A DNA stretch of 64,000 nucleotides, from contig JAUJOH010000006.1 in NCBI GenBank assembly GCA_030447745.1, positions 68,217 through 132,216 on the forward strand. Direction: 5' to 3'. This document shows, piece after piece, positions 9,330 through 18,932 of this stretch; position 1 is the first letter of the stretch, and each line of letters begins with the position of its first letter. The position numbers and the translations under genes were made by a program. The stretch comes from Chloroflexota bacterium. Its GTDB lineage: Bacteria; Chloroflexota; Limnocylindria; Limnocylindrales; CSP1-4. The notes below the pieces were generated by a model. That model ran no database searches, had not been told where the DNA came from, and saw only the letters and a list, made by a program, of their open reading frames with translations.

Positions 9330-10115
9330 TCAGTAGAGCATCGTCGTGCCGGCCGGAAACTCGAAGTCGAACATCGTGGGCGGCAGTGGCGCATCCGGCT
9401 GGTAGGTCGTCGCAACGGCCTCCCGCGTCACGTCGCCCGCGATCGTCTCGACGATCCGGAGGATCACGCCGTCCGCTCGGTCCACGGCGACCTGGATGTG
9501 GAAGTCCGGCCGGTCGGCCGGCATCTCGATCGCTCTGGGGTGCGCGCACTCCACAACGATCGCCTCGCGCCCGGCGACCGTGTCGCTGCCGGAGATCCAC
9601 ACCCGGCCTGTCGCCAGCACGTTCTGGCAGTACCCGGCCGGGTGGACGAACGTCTCCGGCAGCGTCTCCACGGGGAGCGCCGTCAGGGGCTGGTAGACGC
9701 GGGCCACGCCGGGGAAGTCCTTGTCGTCGAGGCCGCGGACCCGGCTCCGGACCGGTCGTTGCGTGCCGAGGTGATGCGGCCCGGAGTAGGTGCGAACGAC
9801 CGCTCCGTCGCTGATCCAGACCTCGAAGTTGCCGGCCGTGCCGCGCGCGGGTTCGCTCGTCGTCACCCGGGCGAGCCCCGGGTGCCGCACGGCGACGTCC
9901 ATCGTGACGACCTGCTCGCCCCGCGCCGTGAACGCCCGCTCCTCGATCCGCATCCGCATGGTCTGGAACCGGAGCTCCGCGTCGCGCATGAACGTGAAGA
10001 GGTGCTCGAGCGACGGCTGCTCGGTCGGCGGCAGGCCGGCCAGCTCTGCCCGACGCGGCCGACCGGCGGGCACGGGCAGTGTGGCCGCGCGGTCCCAGAG
10101 GCGGGTCGAGGTCAT
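9330..10115 (-). CDS. conserved hypothetical protein, possibly LolA-like/lipoprotein-carrier fold
   Basis: The ORF has protein-like composition from MTSTRLWDRAA (ATG 10115) onward. I recognise no catalytic motif, and the fold assignment is a guess. Confidence 0.5.
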   Translation of the reverse strand: MTSTRLWDRAATLPVPAGRPRRAELAGLPPTEQPSLEHLFTFMRDAELRFQTMRMRIEERAFTARGEQVVTMDVAVRHPGLARVTTSEPARGTAGNFEVWISDGAVVRTYSGPHHLGTQRPVRSRVRGLDDKDFPGVARVYQPLTALPVETLPETFVHPAGYCQNVLATGRVWISGSDTVAGREAIVVECAHPRAIEMPADRPDFHIQVAVDRADGVILRIVETIAGDVTREAVATTYQPDAPLPPTMFDFEFPAGTTMLY

Positions 10116-10318
10116 GGCGCCGGATTGTACCGGCCGCACTGCGCCAAATCCCTCCCGCCGCCGAGGAACGGCGGAGTTTAAGCCGCCAGGCCACGGGCAC
10201 GCTCTAGATCTCGAGAGCGGCCAGACGCGCCGCGACACGAGGACCCGCCAGTGCACGCCCGGAACCTGCTCGCGTGCTTCGATCCACGGACCACGGTCGT
10301 CGGTCGCACGAGCCCCTT

Positions 10319-10776
10319 ATGCTCGCCGTCGCGCTCGCGTTGGCACTCGCTCCGTCGGCTTCGGCGGCCGACGACCGCGAGACGGTCGTCTTCCACGAGG
10401 TCGCCACGTTCCCCGTGGACGAGGTCGTCGAGGGCTGCGAGGAGGACATCGCCATGGCCGGCGACGTCCGGAACACGTTCACATCACGGAGTCGGCCGGC
10501 GGCGTCTTCCATATCGTCGACGTCTCGCGCCCGTACCGCATCACGGGCGTCGGGATGGAGACGGGTACGCGATACAGAGGCGTTGGGGCGACCATCGACG
10601 TGGGGGCGACGCAGGGCCCGTTCACGATTGGCACCGGCACCCTCGTCGACCGGACGACGATCATCGGCCAGGGTCGGGCGCTCGACGTCGTGATGTGGAT
10701 CACCTTCCACATCACGAAGATCGACGGCGAGAACGTGGTCATCTTCGACCGCCTTCGGTTCGAGTGCCGGGGCTGA
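10319..10776 (+). CDS. small secreted protein of unknown function, apparent -1 frame disruption near 10478-10483
   Basis: The signal peptide MLAVALALALAPSASAADD lies in frame 10274. The protein-like C-terminus (HITESAGGVFHIVDVSRPYRITG...FHITKIDGENVVIFDRLRFECRG) lies in frame 9790. The two parts join if one base is restored. Confidence 0.5.
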
Positions 10777-10915
10777 ACCCGCCCTCGAGCGGGCAGCGCA
10801 CGCGGTGACGTTGACCGAGGGGATCGTTCGGGATCCGCTTGCCCTCGGCACATATCCTGTTCGTCCGGTGGACTGGCGAACGCGGGATGGGCCGAGGGCG
10901 CGCGGGGGTCTCGTT

Positions 10916-11446
10916 GTGAGGGCGCGCGGCGGCGACGAGTCCGCCTTCAACCAGCTGGCCGCTGGCGAGATCGACCGGCTGTACGCGATCGCCTACCGGA
11001 TCCTCGGGCGGCAGGACGCCGCCGAGGACGCCGTCCAGGACGGTCTCGTCTCCGCGTGGCGCGAGCTTCCGCGTCTCCGCGATCCGGATGCGTTCCAGGG
11101 ATGGCTGACGCGGATCGTCGTGCACCTGTGCTATCGGGAGGCGCGCCAGCGGCGCCGGGTCGCGACCGTCTCGTGGGCCGGTGAGCGTGAACCCGCCGAG
11201 GGTGATGCAGCCGCGGCGCTTGCCGACCGTGATGAGATCGACGGCGCCTTCCGGCACCTGTCGCCGGAGCATCGCGCGGTGATCGTCGTCACCCATTACC
11301 TCGGCCTGTCCGGTGCTGAGGCGGCCGAGGCTCTCGGCATTCCGCCCGGCACGGTGAAGTCCCGGCTCCACCACGCGATGAGGGCGCTGAGGGCGGCTCT
11401 TGCCGCCGATGAGCGCGCACTCGCGAGCTCCCGGGCACGATCGTGA
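10916..11446 (+). CDS. ECF (sigma-70 family group 4) RNA polymerase sigma factor
   Basis: Region 2 (DESAFNQL...LYAIAYRILGRQDAAEDAVQDGLVSAW) and region 4 HTH (SGAEAAEALGIPPGTVKSRLHHAMRAL) are both present. GTG 10916 gives a typical 176-aa size, and the alternative upstream start is 10805. Confidence 0.85.
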   Translation: MRARGGDESAFNQLAAGEIDRLYAIAYRILGRQDAAEDAVQDGLVSAWRELPRLRDPDAFQGWLTRIVVHLCYREARQRRRVATVSWAGEREPAEGDAAAALADRDEIDGAFRHLSPEHRAVIVVTHYLGLSGAEAAEALGIPPGTVKSRLHHAMRALRAALAADERALASSRARS

Positions 11447-12645
11447 CCGGTCGTCTGGACGATGACGACGGGACCCGCCCCAGGCGCGAGGGGACCGAGC
11501 TCGACCTGGAGCGCCGCGTCACGGCCTACCTTCGGGACGCCCCGGCGAGGGCGCCTGACCACCTCCTCGGCGTCGCGGCCCGCCGAGTGAATGAAACACC
11601 GCAGCGCCGACGGGGGCTGCGGGTCCGCGGCTTCCCAGTGGGCTGGGCCGCGGTTGCCGCCGCGGTCGTCGTGGGCGTCGCGGTCTCGCTCCGGTGGGGC
11701 GGCGAAACGAGCCCATCGATGACCGCTCCGGCGGCCTCGGGACCCGTCGCGCCCTCGGGGCCGGTGGCCGCCTCCTTCGCGGCCCCGCGTGATCCCGTCG
11801 TCGTCTGGCGAAGCGACCTCCCGACGATCACTCGGTCGCTCGTCGAGGTCGATGACGACCTGTGGGCGGTGCTGGCTGATGCGCGCGTCGTGCGGCTCGA
11901 GACCGGGAGCGGCCGTCTCATCGCGGAGCTCGACGCTCGTCTCGACGACCCGACCGGTGTCGCAGCCGGCGCGGCCGTGGTATGGATCGGAAGCACGGAC
12001 GGACGGCTCGTGAAGGTCGACGCAGCCGCCGGTCGCGTCGAGACGGCCGTCGCGGTCGGCATCGCGCACCACGCGGTCGTCGCCAACGACGAGGCGGTCT
12101 GGGTGGCTGGCTTGTCGGCCGCCCGGCGCATCGACGCGCGGACACTGGCCGTGACGCCCCTCGCGCTCGAGCCCGGAGTGATGGAGCTCGGGCTGGTGGG
12201 CGAGGAGCTGTGGGCGACGTACCGGAACGGCCGAGTCGTGGCTGCCGACCCGCTCACGGGCGAGCCGCTGGCGACGATCACCGCCACGTCGGGCGCCGGC
12301 GAGCGGGAGGGCGGTCTGATTGCGCCGGCGCCCGGGGGCGCGTGGGTGCTCGACGCCCGCAACGGCGTGACGCTGCACCGGATCGACGCCGCAAGTGACA
12401 CGGTCGTCGGCTCCGTGCGGCTCGGTCCTCCGGGCCGCCCGTCGGCGCTCGCGGTGGACGCCGACGGAGTGTGGGTCCTGTCCGCCACGGATGGGCTCCT
12501 GGCCCACGTCGACGACGACACGCTGGCCGTCACCGACGCGATCCGCGTCGCCCCCGGCGCTCGCGGGATCGCGCTCGTGCGCGACGGCCTGGCGATCTGG
12601 GGTGATGGAGGGGTCGAGATCCTCGACGTCGATGGCGAGCGCTGA
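11443..12645 (+). CDS. membrane-anchored beta-propeller repeat protein, putative cognate anti-sigma/sensor
   Basis: There is an ATGA overlap with the sigma gene and a single TM segment (GWAAVAAAVVVGVAVSL). After the TM come repeated VWV/LWA-containing strands typical of YVTN/NHL-like propellers. Confidence 0.55.
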   Translation: MTGRLDDDDGTRPRREGTELDLERRVTAYLRDAPARAPDHLLGVAARRVNETPQRRRGLRVRGFPVGWAAVAAAVVVGVAVSLRWGGETSPSMTAPAASGPVAPSGPVAASFAAPRDPVVVWRSDLPTITRSLVEVDDDLWAVLADARVVRLETGSGRLIAELDARLDDPTGVAAGAAVVWIGSTDGRLVKVDAAAGRVETAVAVGIAHHAVVANDEAVWVAGLSAARRIDARTLAVTPLALEPGVMELGLVGEELWATYRNGRVVAADPLTGEPLATITATSGAGEREGGLIAPAPGGAWVLDARNGVTLHRIDAASDTVVGSVRLGPPGRPSALAVDADGVWVLSATDGLLAHVDDDTLAVTDAIRVAPGARGIALVRDGLAIWGDGGVEILDVDGER

Positions 12646-12716
12646 CCGGCGCGCAGGATTGAACCGTTCCGGGCCCGCCGAACCCTCACGACGTAGAACG
12701 CCGGAAGGAGGGTCTG

Positions 12717-13775
12717 ATGTCTCGAATGATCGCTACGGGCTCGCTCCTCGCTGTCGCGCTTGTGTCGGCGGCCTGCACCTCACCGCGCGGAGCGGCGCCT
12801 TCGTCATCGGCGACGCCGCGCTCGTCGGGAGCTGCCGCACCTGGCGCATCGGTCCGACCACCATCGCCGACCGCTGAACTGACGGCCACGACACCACCTC
12901 CGTCCCCGACGCTGCGGCCCGGCATCGTGGCGGAGATCCGCGTCGGCGAGGGCCCGGGGTACGCGACCGTGGCGGACGGGTCCGTCTGGGTCGGGAACCA
13001 CCGCGGCAACTCGATCTCGCGCGTCGATCCGTCGACGAACTCCGTGGTCGCGACGATCCAGGTCCCCGGAGAGCCGACGGGAATGACGGCCGGCTTCGGG
13101 TCGATCTGGACGTTCGTGCCCGGCGGGCGAAGCGTCAAGCGTATTGACATCGAGACGGGAGCAGTCAGCGCGACGATCCCGGTCCCGGCGCCAGGCGGGT
13201 CGATCACCGGGTTCACCGAAGGTGTCGGGTCGATGTGGCTTGCCCCCGAGGGCGGACGCCTCTTCCGGATCGACCCCGCCGACAACACGGCGACCGACGT
13301 CATGGGGCTGGGCACCGACTGTCCCGGGAGCCTCACGTTCGGCGACGGGTCGCTCTGGCACGTCCCCCAGTGCGGTGCGCCGGTCGTCCTCCGTATCGAT
13401 CCGCAAGCGGGCGACGTGACGGCGACCATCGCGGTTCCCTCTGGCACGCAGGCCGTCTGGTTCGGGCTGGACCGGGTCTGGGCCGTCTCGGGCCGCGGCG
13501 ACCTGACGGAGATCGATCCGCGAACGGACAAGGCCGCCAGGTCGGCCAGGATCGGGTTCAGCGCAGAGCAGGTCCGGACCGGTCTCGGCTCGGTGTGGGT
13601 CCGAGTCGATGCACAGATGCTCGCCTCCGTCGATCCCCAGGACCTCACGGTCGAGCATGTCTACGAGCTGCCCCCGGCGCAGATCCCAGGCGGCGGGATC
13701 GCGATTTCCGATGACTCCGTGTGGGCCGTCAACTTCGGCGCTGCAACGGTGTCGCGGATCCAACCGTTGAATTGA
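12717..13775 (+). CDS. lipoprotein with YVTN/NHL-like beta-propeller repeats (paralogous to the preceding ectodomain)
   Basis: Lipobox LVSAAC is present. The units DGSVWVGN..SISRVDPSTNSVVATI, GSIWTF...VKRIDIETGAVSATI and GSMWLA...LFRIDPADNTATDV are repeated. Confidence 0.65.
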   Translation: MSRMIATGSLLAVALVSAACTSPRGAAPSSSATPRSSGAAAPGASVRPPSPTAELTATTPPPSPTLRPGIVAEIRVGEGPGYATVADGSVWVGNHRGNSISRVDPSTNSVVATIQVPGEPTGMTAGFGSIWTFVPGGRSVKRIDIETGAVSATIPVPAPGGSITGFTEGVGSMWLAPEGGRLFRIDPADNTATDVMGLGTDCPGSLTFGDGSLWHVPQCGAPVVLRIDPQAGDVTATIAVPSGTQAVWFGLDRVWAVSGRGDLTEIDPRTDKAARSARIGFSAEQVRTGLGSVWVRVDAQMLASVDPQDLTVEHVYELPPAQIPGGGIAISDDSVWAVNFGAATVSRIQPLN

Positions 13776-13789
13776 GGACGGCGACCCGG

Positions 13790-15202
13790 TCAGGTGCCGG
13801 CCGGTCCGCCGCCCAGTCCGGGCGTGGTCATGGACGCCGGATCGAGGAGCTCGTCGAGACGTTCCCGCGCGATGCCGCGCTCGAGTGCCAGCTCGCGGAT
13901 CGTCCTCCCCGATCGGAGCGCCTCCTTGGCCAGCTTCGCCGCCTCGTCGTAGCCGATGACCGGCGCAAGCGCGGTGGCGAGCATCAGGCCCTGCTCGACG
14001 AGCTGCGGGCCGCGCTCTGTCGCCCGGAGCCCCTCGACCGTGCGGACGGCGAAGTTCGCGGCGGCCGACGCGAGGAGCTCGGCCGACTCCAGCAACGACA
14101 CGGCGGCGACCGGCATCATCACGTTGAGCTCGAGGAGCGATCCCGTCTGCGCGAAGCCGATCGTCGCGTCGTTGCCGACCACCCTCGCCACGACCATGGT
14201 GAGCGACTCGATGATCACCGGGTTCACTTTCCCCGGCATGATCGACGACCCCGGCTGGGTCTCGGGCAGCGCGAGCTCGGCCAGACCGGCACGCGGTCCC
14301 ATCCCCATGAGGCGGACGTCGCTGCCGATCTTCCACAGCGCGAGCGCGATCGTCCGAAGGGCGCCGTGGGCGGCGATCACCGCGTCGAGCGATGCCTGCG
14401 CGTGGAAGTGGTTCGGCGCCTCGCGCACCTCGAGCCCGGTCAGCGCGGACAGGCGCTCCGTCGCGCGCGCGGCGAACTCCGGGTGCGCGTTGATCCCGGT
14501 GCCGACGGCCGTGCCGCCGAGGGGCACGACGAGGAGCTCGTCACGGGCGACCGCCGCACGTCGGATCGCCTCCTCGACCTGGCCGGCGTAGCCCCGGAAC
14601 TCCTGGCCCAGGCGGATCGGCGTCGCGTCCTGAAGGTGCGTCCGGCCGGTCTTGACGATCGGCCAGAACTCGTCCGCCTTGCCGTCGAGAGCCCGGCGCA
14701 GGTGCTCGAGCGCCGCGAGCAGCGGGCCGTCGATCGCGACCGCGCCGGCCAGCTGCATCGCCGTCGGGATCGTGTCATTCGAGCTCTGGCAGCGGTTGAC
14801 GTCGTCGTTCGGGTGCACGGTCCGTCCGCCGAGCCGGTCGGAGGCGAGGCGCGCGATGACCTCGTTGAAGTTCGTGTTCGTGGAGGTCCCGGAGCCGGTC
14901 TGGTAGACGTCCACGGGGAAGTGCTCGTCGTGGTCGCCGTCCGCGACCTCCCGCGCCGCCTCGGCGATCGCCCGGGCGATGTCGGCGTCGAGCAGCCCGA
15001 GCTCGCCGTTCACTTCTGCCGCCGCCTGCTTGACGAGGCCCATCGCCCGGAGGAAGCCGCGCGGAAACGGCCGCCCGGAGATCGGAAAGTTCAGGACGGC
15101 GCGCTGTGTCGAGGCGCCGTACAGCGCGTCCGCCGGCACCTCCATCTCGCCCATCGAGTCGCGCTCGATGCGAATCGGCGGCAGCGGCTCGGTTGGCGTC
15201 AC
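13790..15202 (-). CDS. class II fumarase/aspartase-family lyase (fumarate hydratase or aspartate ammonia-lyase)
   Basis: The family signatures GSSIMPGKVNP, QTGSGTSTNTNFNEVIA and RTHLQDATP are present. The motifs are mixed (FumC-like TGSGT and RTHLQDATP; AspA-like FPVDVYQ and KVNPVI), so the subfamily is not resolved. Confidence 0.9.
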   Translation of the reverse strand: MTPTEPLPPIRIERDSMGEMEVPADALYGASTQRAVLNFPISGRPFPRGFLRAMGLVKQAAAEVNGELGLLDADIARAIAEAAREVADGDHDEHFPVDVYQTGSGTSTNTNFNEVIARLASDRLGGRTVHPNDDVNRCQSSNDTIPTAMQLAGAVAIDGPLLAALEHLRRALDGKADEFWPIVKTGRTHLQDATPIRLGQEFRGYAGQVEEAIRRAAVARDELLVVPLGGTAVGTGINAHPEFAARATERLSALTGLEVREAPNHFHAQASLDAVIAAHGALRTIALALWKIGSDVRLMGMGPRAGLAELALPETQPGSSIMPGKVNPVIIESLTMVVARVVGNDATIGFAQTGSLLELNVMMPVAAVSLLESAELLASAAANFAVRTVEGLRATERGPQLVEQGLMLATALAPVIGYDEAAKLAKEALRSGRTIRELALERGIARERLDELLDPASMTTPGLGGGPAGT

Positions 15203-16122
15203 GGCGGCGATTGTAGGTCGGCCGGCCGCGCGAACTGCCGGCTCCGCGTGACGACCCGTGCGCCGGTCGAGGCGTAGAGGGCCTCGGACGCCGCGTTCGA
15301 AGCGATCGAGAAGATCAGGACGTCCTCAGCGCCGAGGTCGGCCAGGCTCCGCATCGCGGCGAGGCATACGGCCCGGCCGAGACCGAGCCGCCGATGCGCC
15401 GGGTGCGTGCCGACCGGCTCGAGCTCGCCGACGCGTCCCATCGGATCCCACCACGCGATCGCGAACGCGGCGAAGGACCCGTCCGGCGCCTCCACGACCC
15501 AGTCGCGATCGGGCGCGTAGCCCGGCCGCTGCGCCAGCCGGACGTACCGCTCCATGACCATCCGGGACGGATGGAACGCCGCCCGGTGAACCTCCACGCG
15601 GGCCTCCAGGTCGTCCGGCCAGCGGACCGTGCGCAGGCGGTACCCCGGCGGCAGCGAGAGTGATGCGACCGGGTCCGCGAGGTGCCGGACCCAGTGGCTC
15701 ATGACCGTGTCGGTCGGGAGATAGCCGCGGCGCTCGTACAGGTCCGGCGCGGCGGTCTCGGTCTCCATCGCCCAGATCGTCGTCCGATCGACCGTCGTGC
15801 CGGCCAGCGCCTCCTCGGCTGCCCGGTGCTCGAGCCAGTCGAGCATCGCCTCGTGGACCGGCCCGCCGGCGAGCCCCGGTGCGAGATGCCACTCGATCTC
15901 CGATGGCGGCCGGAGGTATGCCCAGCCCACGAGCTCCCGGCCGTCGAGCCAGAGCCGGACGCTGCGCGTGCCGTCGAACTCTGGGTCCTGGGCGATCCAC
16001 CATTCGAGGTCGCCCGGCGTCCCGACCACCAGGGGTCGCTGCGTGAGCCAGGACCGGCTGACCAGCGCCTGCATCGCGAGCAGGTCGTCGTCGCCGGACC
16101 ACGCGCGGGCGGTGATGGCCAT
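15199..16122 (-). CDS. GNAT-family N-acetyltransferase (two-domain, MshD-like architecture)
   Basis: The acetyl-CoA motif VGTHPAHRRLGLGRAV is present. The gene overlaps the lyase gene by 4 bp, and ATG 16122 is chosen as the start. Confidence 0.7.
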   Translation of the reverse strand: MAITARAWSGDDDLLAMQALVSRSWLTQRPLVVGTPGDLEWWIAQDPEFDGTRSVRLWLDGRELVGWAYLRPPSEIEWHLAPGLAGGPVHEAMLDWLEHRAAEEALAGTTVDRTTIWAMETETAAPDLYERRGYLPTDTVMSHWVRHLADPVASLSLPPGYRLRTVRWPDDLEARVEVHRAAFHPSRMVMERYVRLAQRPGYAPDRDWVVEAPDGSFAAFAIAWWDPMGRVGELEPVGTHPAHRRLGLGRAVCLAAMRSLADLGAEDVLIFSIASNAASEALYASTGARVVTRSRQFARPADLQSPP

Positions 16123-16180
16123 CGAGCGAGTATGCGCGTGGGCGCCCGTCAGCGGGACGCCGCCACATAGACTTGCGGCC

Positions 16181-17062
16181 GTGCCGACGGTCCTCGCCAA
16201 CGGGCTCGACATCGCCTACGAGGTCCACGGCGCCGGACCGCCCGTCGTCCTCCTGCACGGAGCGACGTCGTCCGGTGCGGAGGACTTCGCGGCCCAGATT
16301 CCGCTCCTCGCTCGGGCGTTCCTCGTCCACGTCCCGGACGCGCGCGGCCATGCGCGCACACGCTGGGACGCCGGCGAGGGGTTCCGCTACGACTGGCTGG
16401 TCGCCGACCTCGCGGCGTTCGTCGACGCGATCGGACTGGCGACCTTCCACCTGGTGGGCTTCTCGATGGGCGCGATGACCGCCCTCCAGTTTGCCGCCCG
16501 TCACCCCGAGCGCCTGCGGACGCTGGCGATCGTCGGGATCACGACACAGCGCGAGCCGCGGGCCAGCGTCGCCCGGCGGCTCATGGACCCGGAACGGATC
16601 GAGCGCGAGGACCCCGCGTGGGCCGCCGAGCTCGCGCGCCGCCACGACCCCGTGCAGGGAGACGGCGCGTGGAGGCGCCTGCTGCCGGCCATCGCCGCGG
16701 ACGTCGCCGCGCAACCACTCCTCGCCCCGCGAGACCTCCGCCGGATCGAGCTGCCCGCGCTCGTCGCGTGCGGCGATCGGGACCCGTTCGTCCCGGTCGA
16801 CCACGCCTGGGGCATCTCGCGGCTGCTGCCCGACGGCCGGCTGCTCGTGGCGCCGAACTGCGGCCACCTCGTGACCGTTCGCCGGGCCGGTCTCTTCAAC
16901 GAGGCCCTGGCCGGCTTCTACCGCTCCACGGAGTCAACCGCGCGGGCTCGGGCGCGCGGACAGGGGATGGCGGCGCTGGGCGACACGGCGCCGCTGGCCC
17001 ACGCCGCGAATGCGCCGCGCCGAGCCGGGACGGAGACTGGCTGGCTCGACGAGCGCCGCTGA
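16181..17062 (+). CDS. alpha/beta-fold hydrolase
   Basis: PVVLLHGATSSG and the nucleophile elbow GFSMGA are present, with a C-terminal CGH. The GTG 16181 start is in frame with ORF 15797. Confidence 0.8.
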   Translation: MPTVLANGLDIAYEVHGAGPPVVLLHGATSSGAEDFAAQIPLLARAFLVHVPDARGHARTRWDAGEGFRYDWLVADLAAFVDAIGLATFHLVGFSMGAMTALQFAARHPERLRTLAIVGITTQREPRASVARRLMDPERIEREDPAWAAELARRHDPVQGDGAWRRLLPAIAADVAAQPLLAPRDLRRIELPALVACGDRDPFVPVDHAWGISRLLPDGRLLVAPNCGHLVTVRRAGLFNEALAGFYRSTESTARARARGQGMAALGDTAPLAHAANAPRRAGTETGWLDERR

Positions 17063-17190
17063 GCCGGCGGGGCCGCCACGGACGCGACGCGGCGACGGAC
17101 GCGACGGACGCGACGGCCGCGAGGGCGGGCCGGCGGGTCGTGGCCGCCACCCGATCCATCGGCTACTGTGGCCGCACACCGGAGGAGCAC

Positions 17191-18009
17191 GTGCCCGAGA
17201 GCGCCCCGCCGATCGCCTCATCCCGCATCCGCGTCGCGTTCCCGGCGATGTCCTCCACCGGCCCCGTCGACCACGTGGCGCTCGTGACGCTGGACCGGCC
17301 CGAGGCGCTGAACGCGATCGACTTCGCGCTCCTCGAGGAGCTGGTCGACGCGGTCGAGGCCCTCGACGCGGATCCCGCCTGCCGGGCAATCGTGATCACT
17401 GGCAGCGAGCGGGCCTTTGCGGCCGGCGTCGACGTCCGTGAGCTGTCCACCCAGACACCGGTCAGCCTCGCGGTCGACAACGACTTCCACCGCTGGGAGC
17501 GCCTGAAGCGCATCCGGAAGCCACTCGTCGCCGCGGTGCGGGGCGTCGCGCTCGGCGGGGGCTGCGAGCTCGCGATGCTGTGCGACCTGCTCGTCGCCGG
17601 CGACGACGCGACCTTCGGCCAGCCCGAGATCCGGCTCGGCCTGATCCCGGGTGCCGGCGGCAGCCAGCGGCTCACGCGTGCCATCGGCAAGGCGCGCGCC
17701 ATGGAGCTGATCCTGACCGGCCGGTCGATGGACGCCCGCGAGGCCGAGGCGCACGGGCTCGTGACCAAGGTCGTGCCGGCGGAGGCGACCGTCGAATCGG
17801 CGCTCGAGCTCGCCGCCCGGGTCGCGGCCATGCCGCCGGTCGCGACGATCGCCGCCAAGGAGGTCGTCAACCGGGCGTTCGAGCTGCCGCTCGAGGCGGG
17901 CATCGAGTTCGAGCGCCGGTCGTTCTTCCTGCTCTTTGCCAGCGACGACATGCACGAGGGTGCCACGGCCTTCCTCGAGAAGCGGGCGCCCGAGTGGCAC
18001 GGCCGCTAG
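17191..18009 (+). CDS. enoyl-CoA hydratase (crotonase family, PaaF-like)
   Basis: Matching segments are LDRPEALNAID, ITGSERAFAAGVDV, GGGCELAMLCD and FGQPEIRLGLIPGAGGSQRL. GTG 17191 follows GGAGGAG. Confidence 0.85.
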   Translation: MPESAPPIASSRIRVAFPAMSSTGPVDHVALVTLDRPEALNAIDFALLEELVDAVEALDADPACRAIVITGSERAFAAGVDVRELSTQTPVSLAVDNDFHRWERLKRIRKPLVAAVRGVALGGGCELAMLCDLLVAGDDATFGQPEIRLGLIPGAGGSQRLTRAIGKARAMELILTGRSMDAREAEAHGLVTKVVPAEATVESALELAARVAAMPPVATIAAKEVVNRAFELPLEAGIEFERRSFFLLFASDDMHEGATAFLEKRAPEWHGR

Positions 18010-18121
18010 GAATGCCGGGACTGGGCGGTGAGCCCCGCGACGAGCCGGTCGCCGGCCGCGTGTTCGCGCTCGTCGATGCGCAGCTCGTCGAGTTCGCGCC
18101 GGGCGCGTCCGCCTGAACCCG

Positions 18122-18922
18122 ATGTCCGCCGCCGCCACACCGGCGTTCACCGCGCTGCGCTTCGACGTGGCGAATCGCGTCGCGACGATCACGCTGGCCA
18201 GGCCCGACGCACTCAACGCCCTGACCCTCGCGCTCAAGCGCGACCTGCTGGCGGCGCTCGCCGCCGCCCGGCGCGACCGCACCGTCCGGGCCGTCATCCT
18301 GACCGGCGAGGGCCGGGCGTTCTGCGCCGGACAGGATCTCCGCGAGCGGCTCGAGCCGGATGCGGCACCGCTGGAGGTCGAGCTGCGCGAGCGCTACAAC
18401 CCGCTCGTTTCAGCGATGCGGGGTTTGCCGCAGCCGATCGTCGGCGCGATCAACGGCGTGGCGGCCGGCGCGGGCGCGTCGCTCGCCCTGGCCTGCGACG
18501 TGCGGGTGGCGGCGGAGGGCGCGAGCTTCGCGCGGGCCTTCGGCCGGGTCGGGCTGGTCCCGGACTCCGGTGCCACGTGGCTGCTGCCGCGACTCGTCGG
18601 CGCGGCGCGGGCGGCGGAGATGGCGCTCGCGAGCACGACCGTCAGCGCCGACGAAGCACTCCGCATCGGGCTCGTCTCACGGGTCGTGACTGGTGACGAC
18701 CTGATGCCGACGGCACGCGAGCTGGCGGCTCGCATCGCTGCGGGCGCCCCGACCGCGATGGCGCTCACGAAACGAGCGCTGCACCGGTCGCTCGACGCGA
18801 CGTGGAGCCAGACGCTCGAATACGAGGCCGACCTCCAGGGGGTCGCCGGCCGGACCGCCGACCACGCGGAGGGTGTGCGCGCCTTCCTGGAGAAGCGGGC
18901 CCCCGACTTCACCGGCGAATGA
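18122..18922 (+). CDS. enoyl-CoA hydratase/isomerase family protein (PaaG-like)
   Basis: Crotonase fold: LARPDALNAL, LTGEGRAFCAGQDL, NGVAAGAGASLALACD, GLVPDSGATWLLPRLVG. Confidence 0.8.
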   Translation: MSAAATPAFTALRFDVANRVATITLARPDALNALTLALKRDLLAALAAARRDRTVRAVILTGEGRAFCAGQDLRERLEPDAAPLEVELRERYNPLVSAMRGLPQPIVGAINGVAAGAGASLALACDVRVAAEGASFARAFGRVGLVPDSGATWLLPRLVGAARAAEMALASTTVSADEALRIGLVSRVVTGDDLMPTARELAARIAAGAPTAMALTKRALHRSLDATWSQTLEYEADLQGVAGRTADHAEGVRAFLEKRAPDFTGE

Positions 18923-18932
18923 CCGGCCGACC

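Noticed and set aside
13790-15202. Assigning the lyase specifically as fumC or aspA.
   Set aside because: The diagnostic motifs are mixed (FumC-like TGSGT and RTHLQDATP; AspA-like FPVDVYQ and KVNPVI), so only the family-level call is defensible without a phylogeny.
17078-17125. 9-bp tandem repeat CGACGGACG x3 (17093-17119) between the hydrolase and enoyl-CoA hydratase genes.
   Set aside because: It is short, GC-rich and imperfect, and consistent with chance or slippage in high-GC intergenic DNA. There is no associated structure or partner site.
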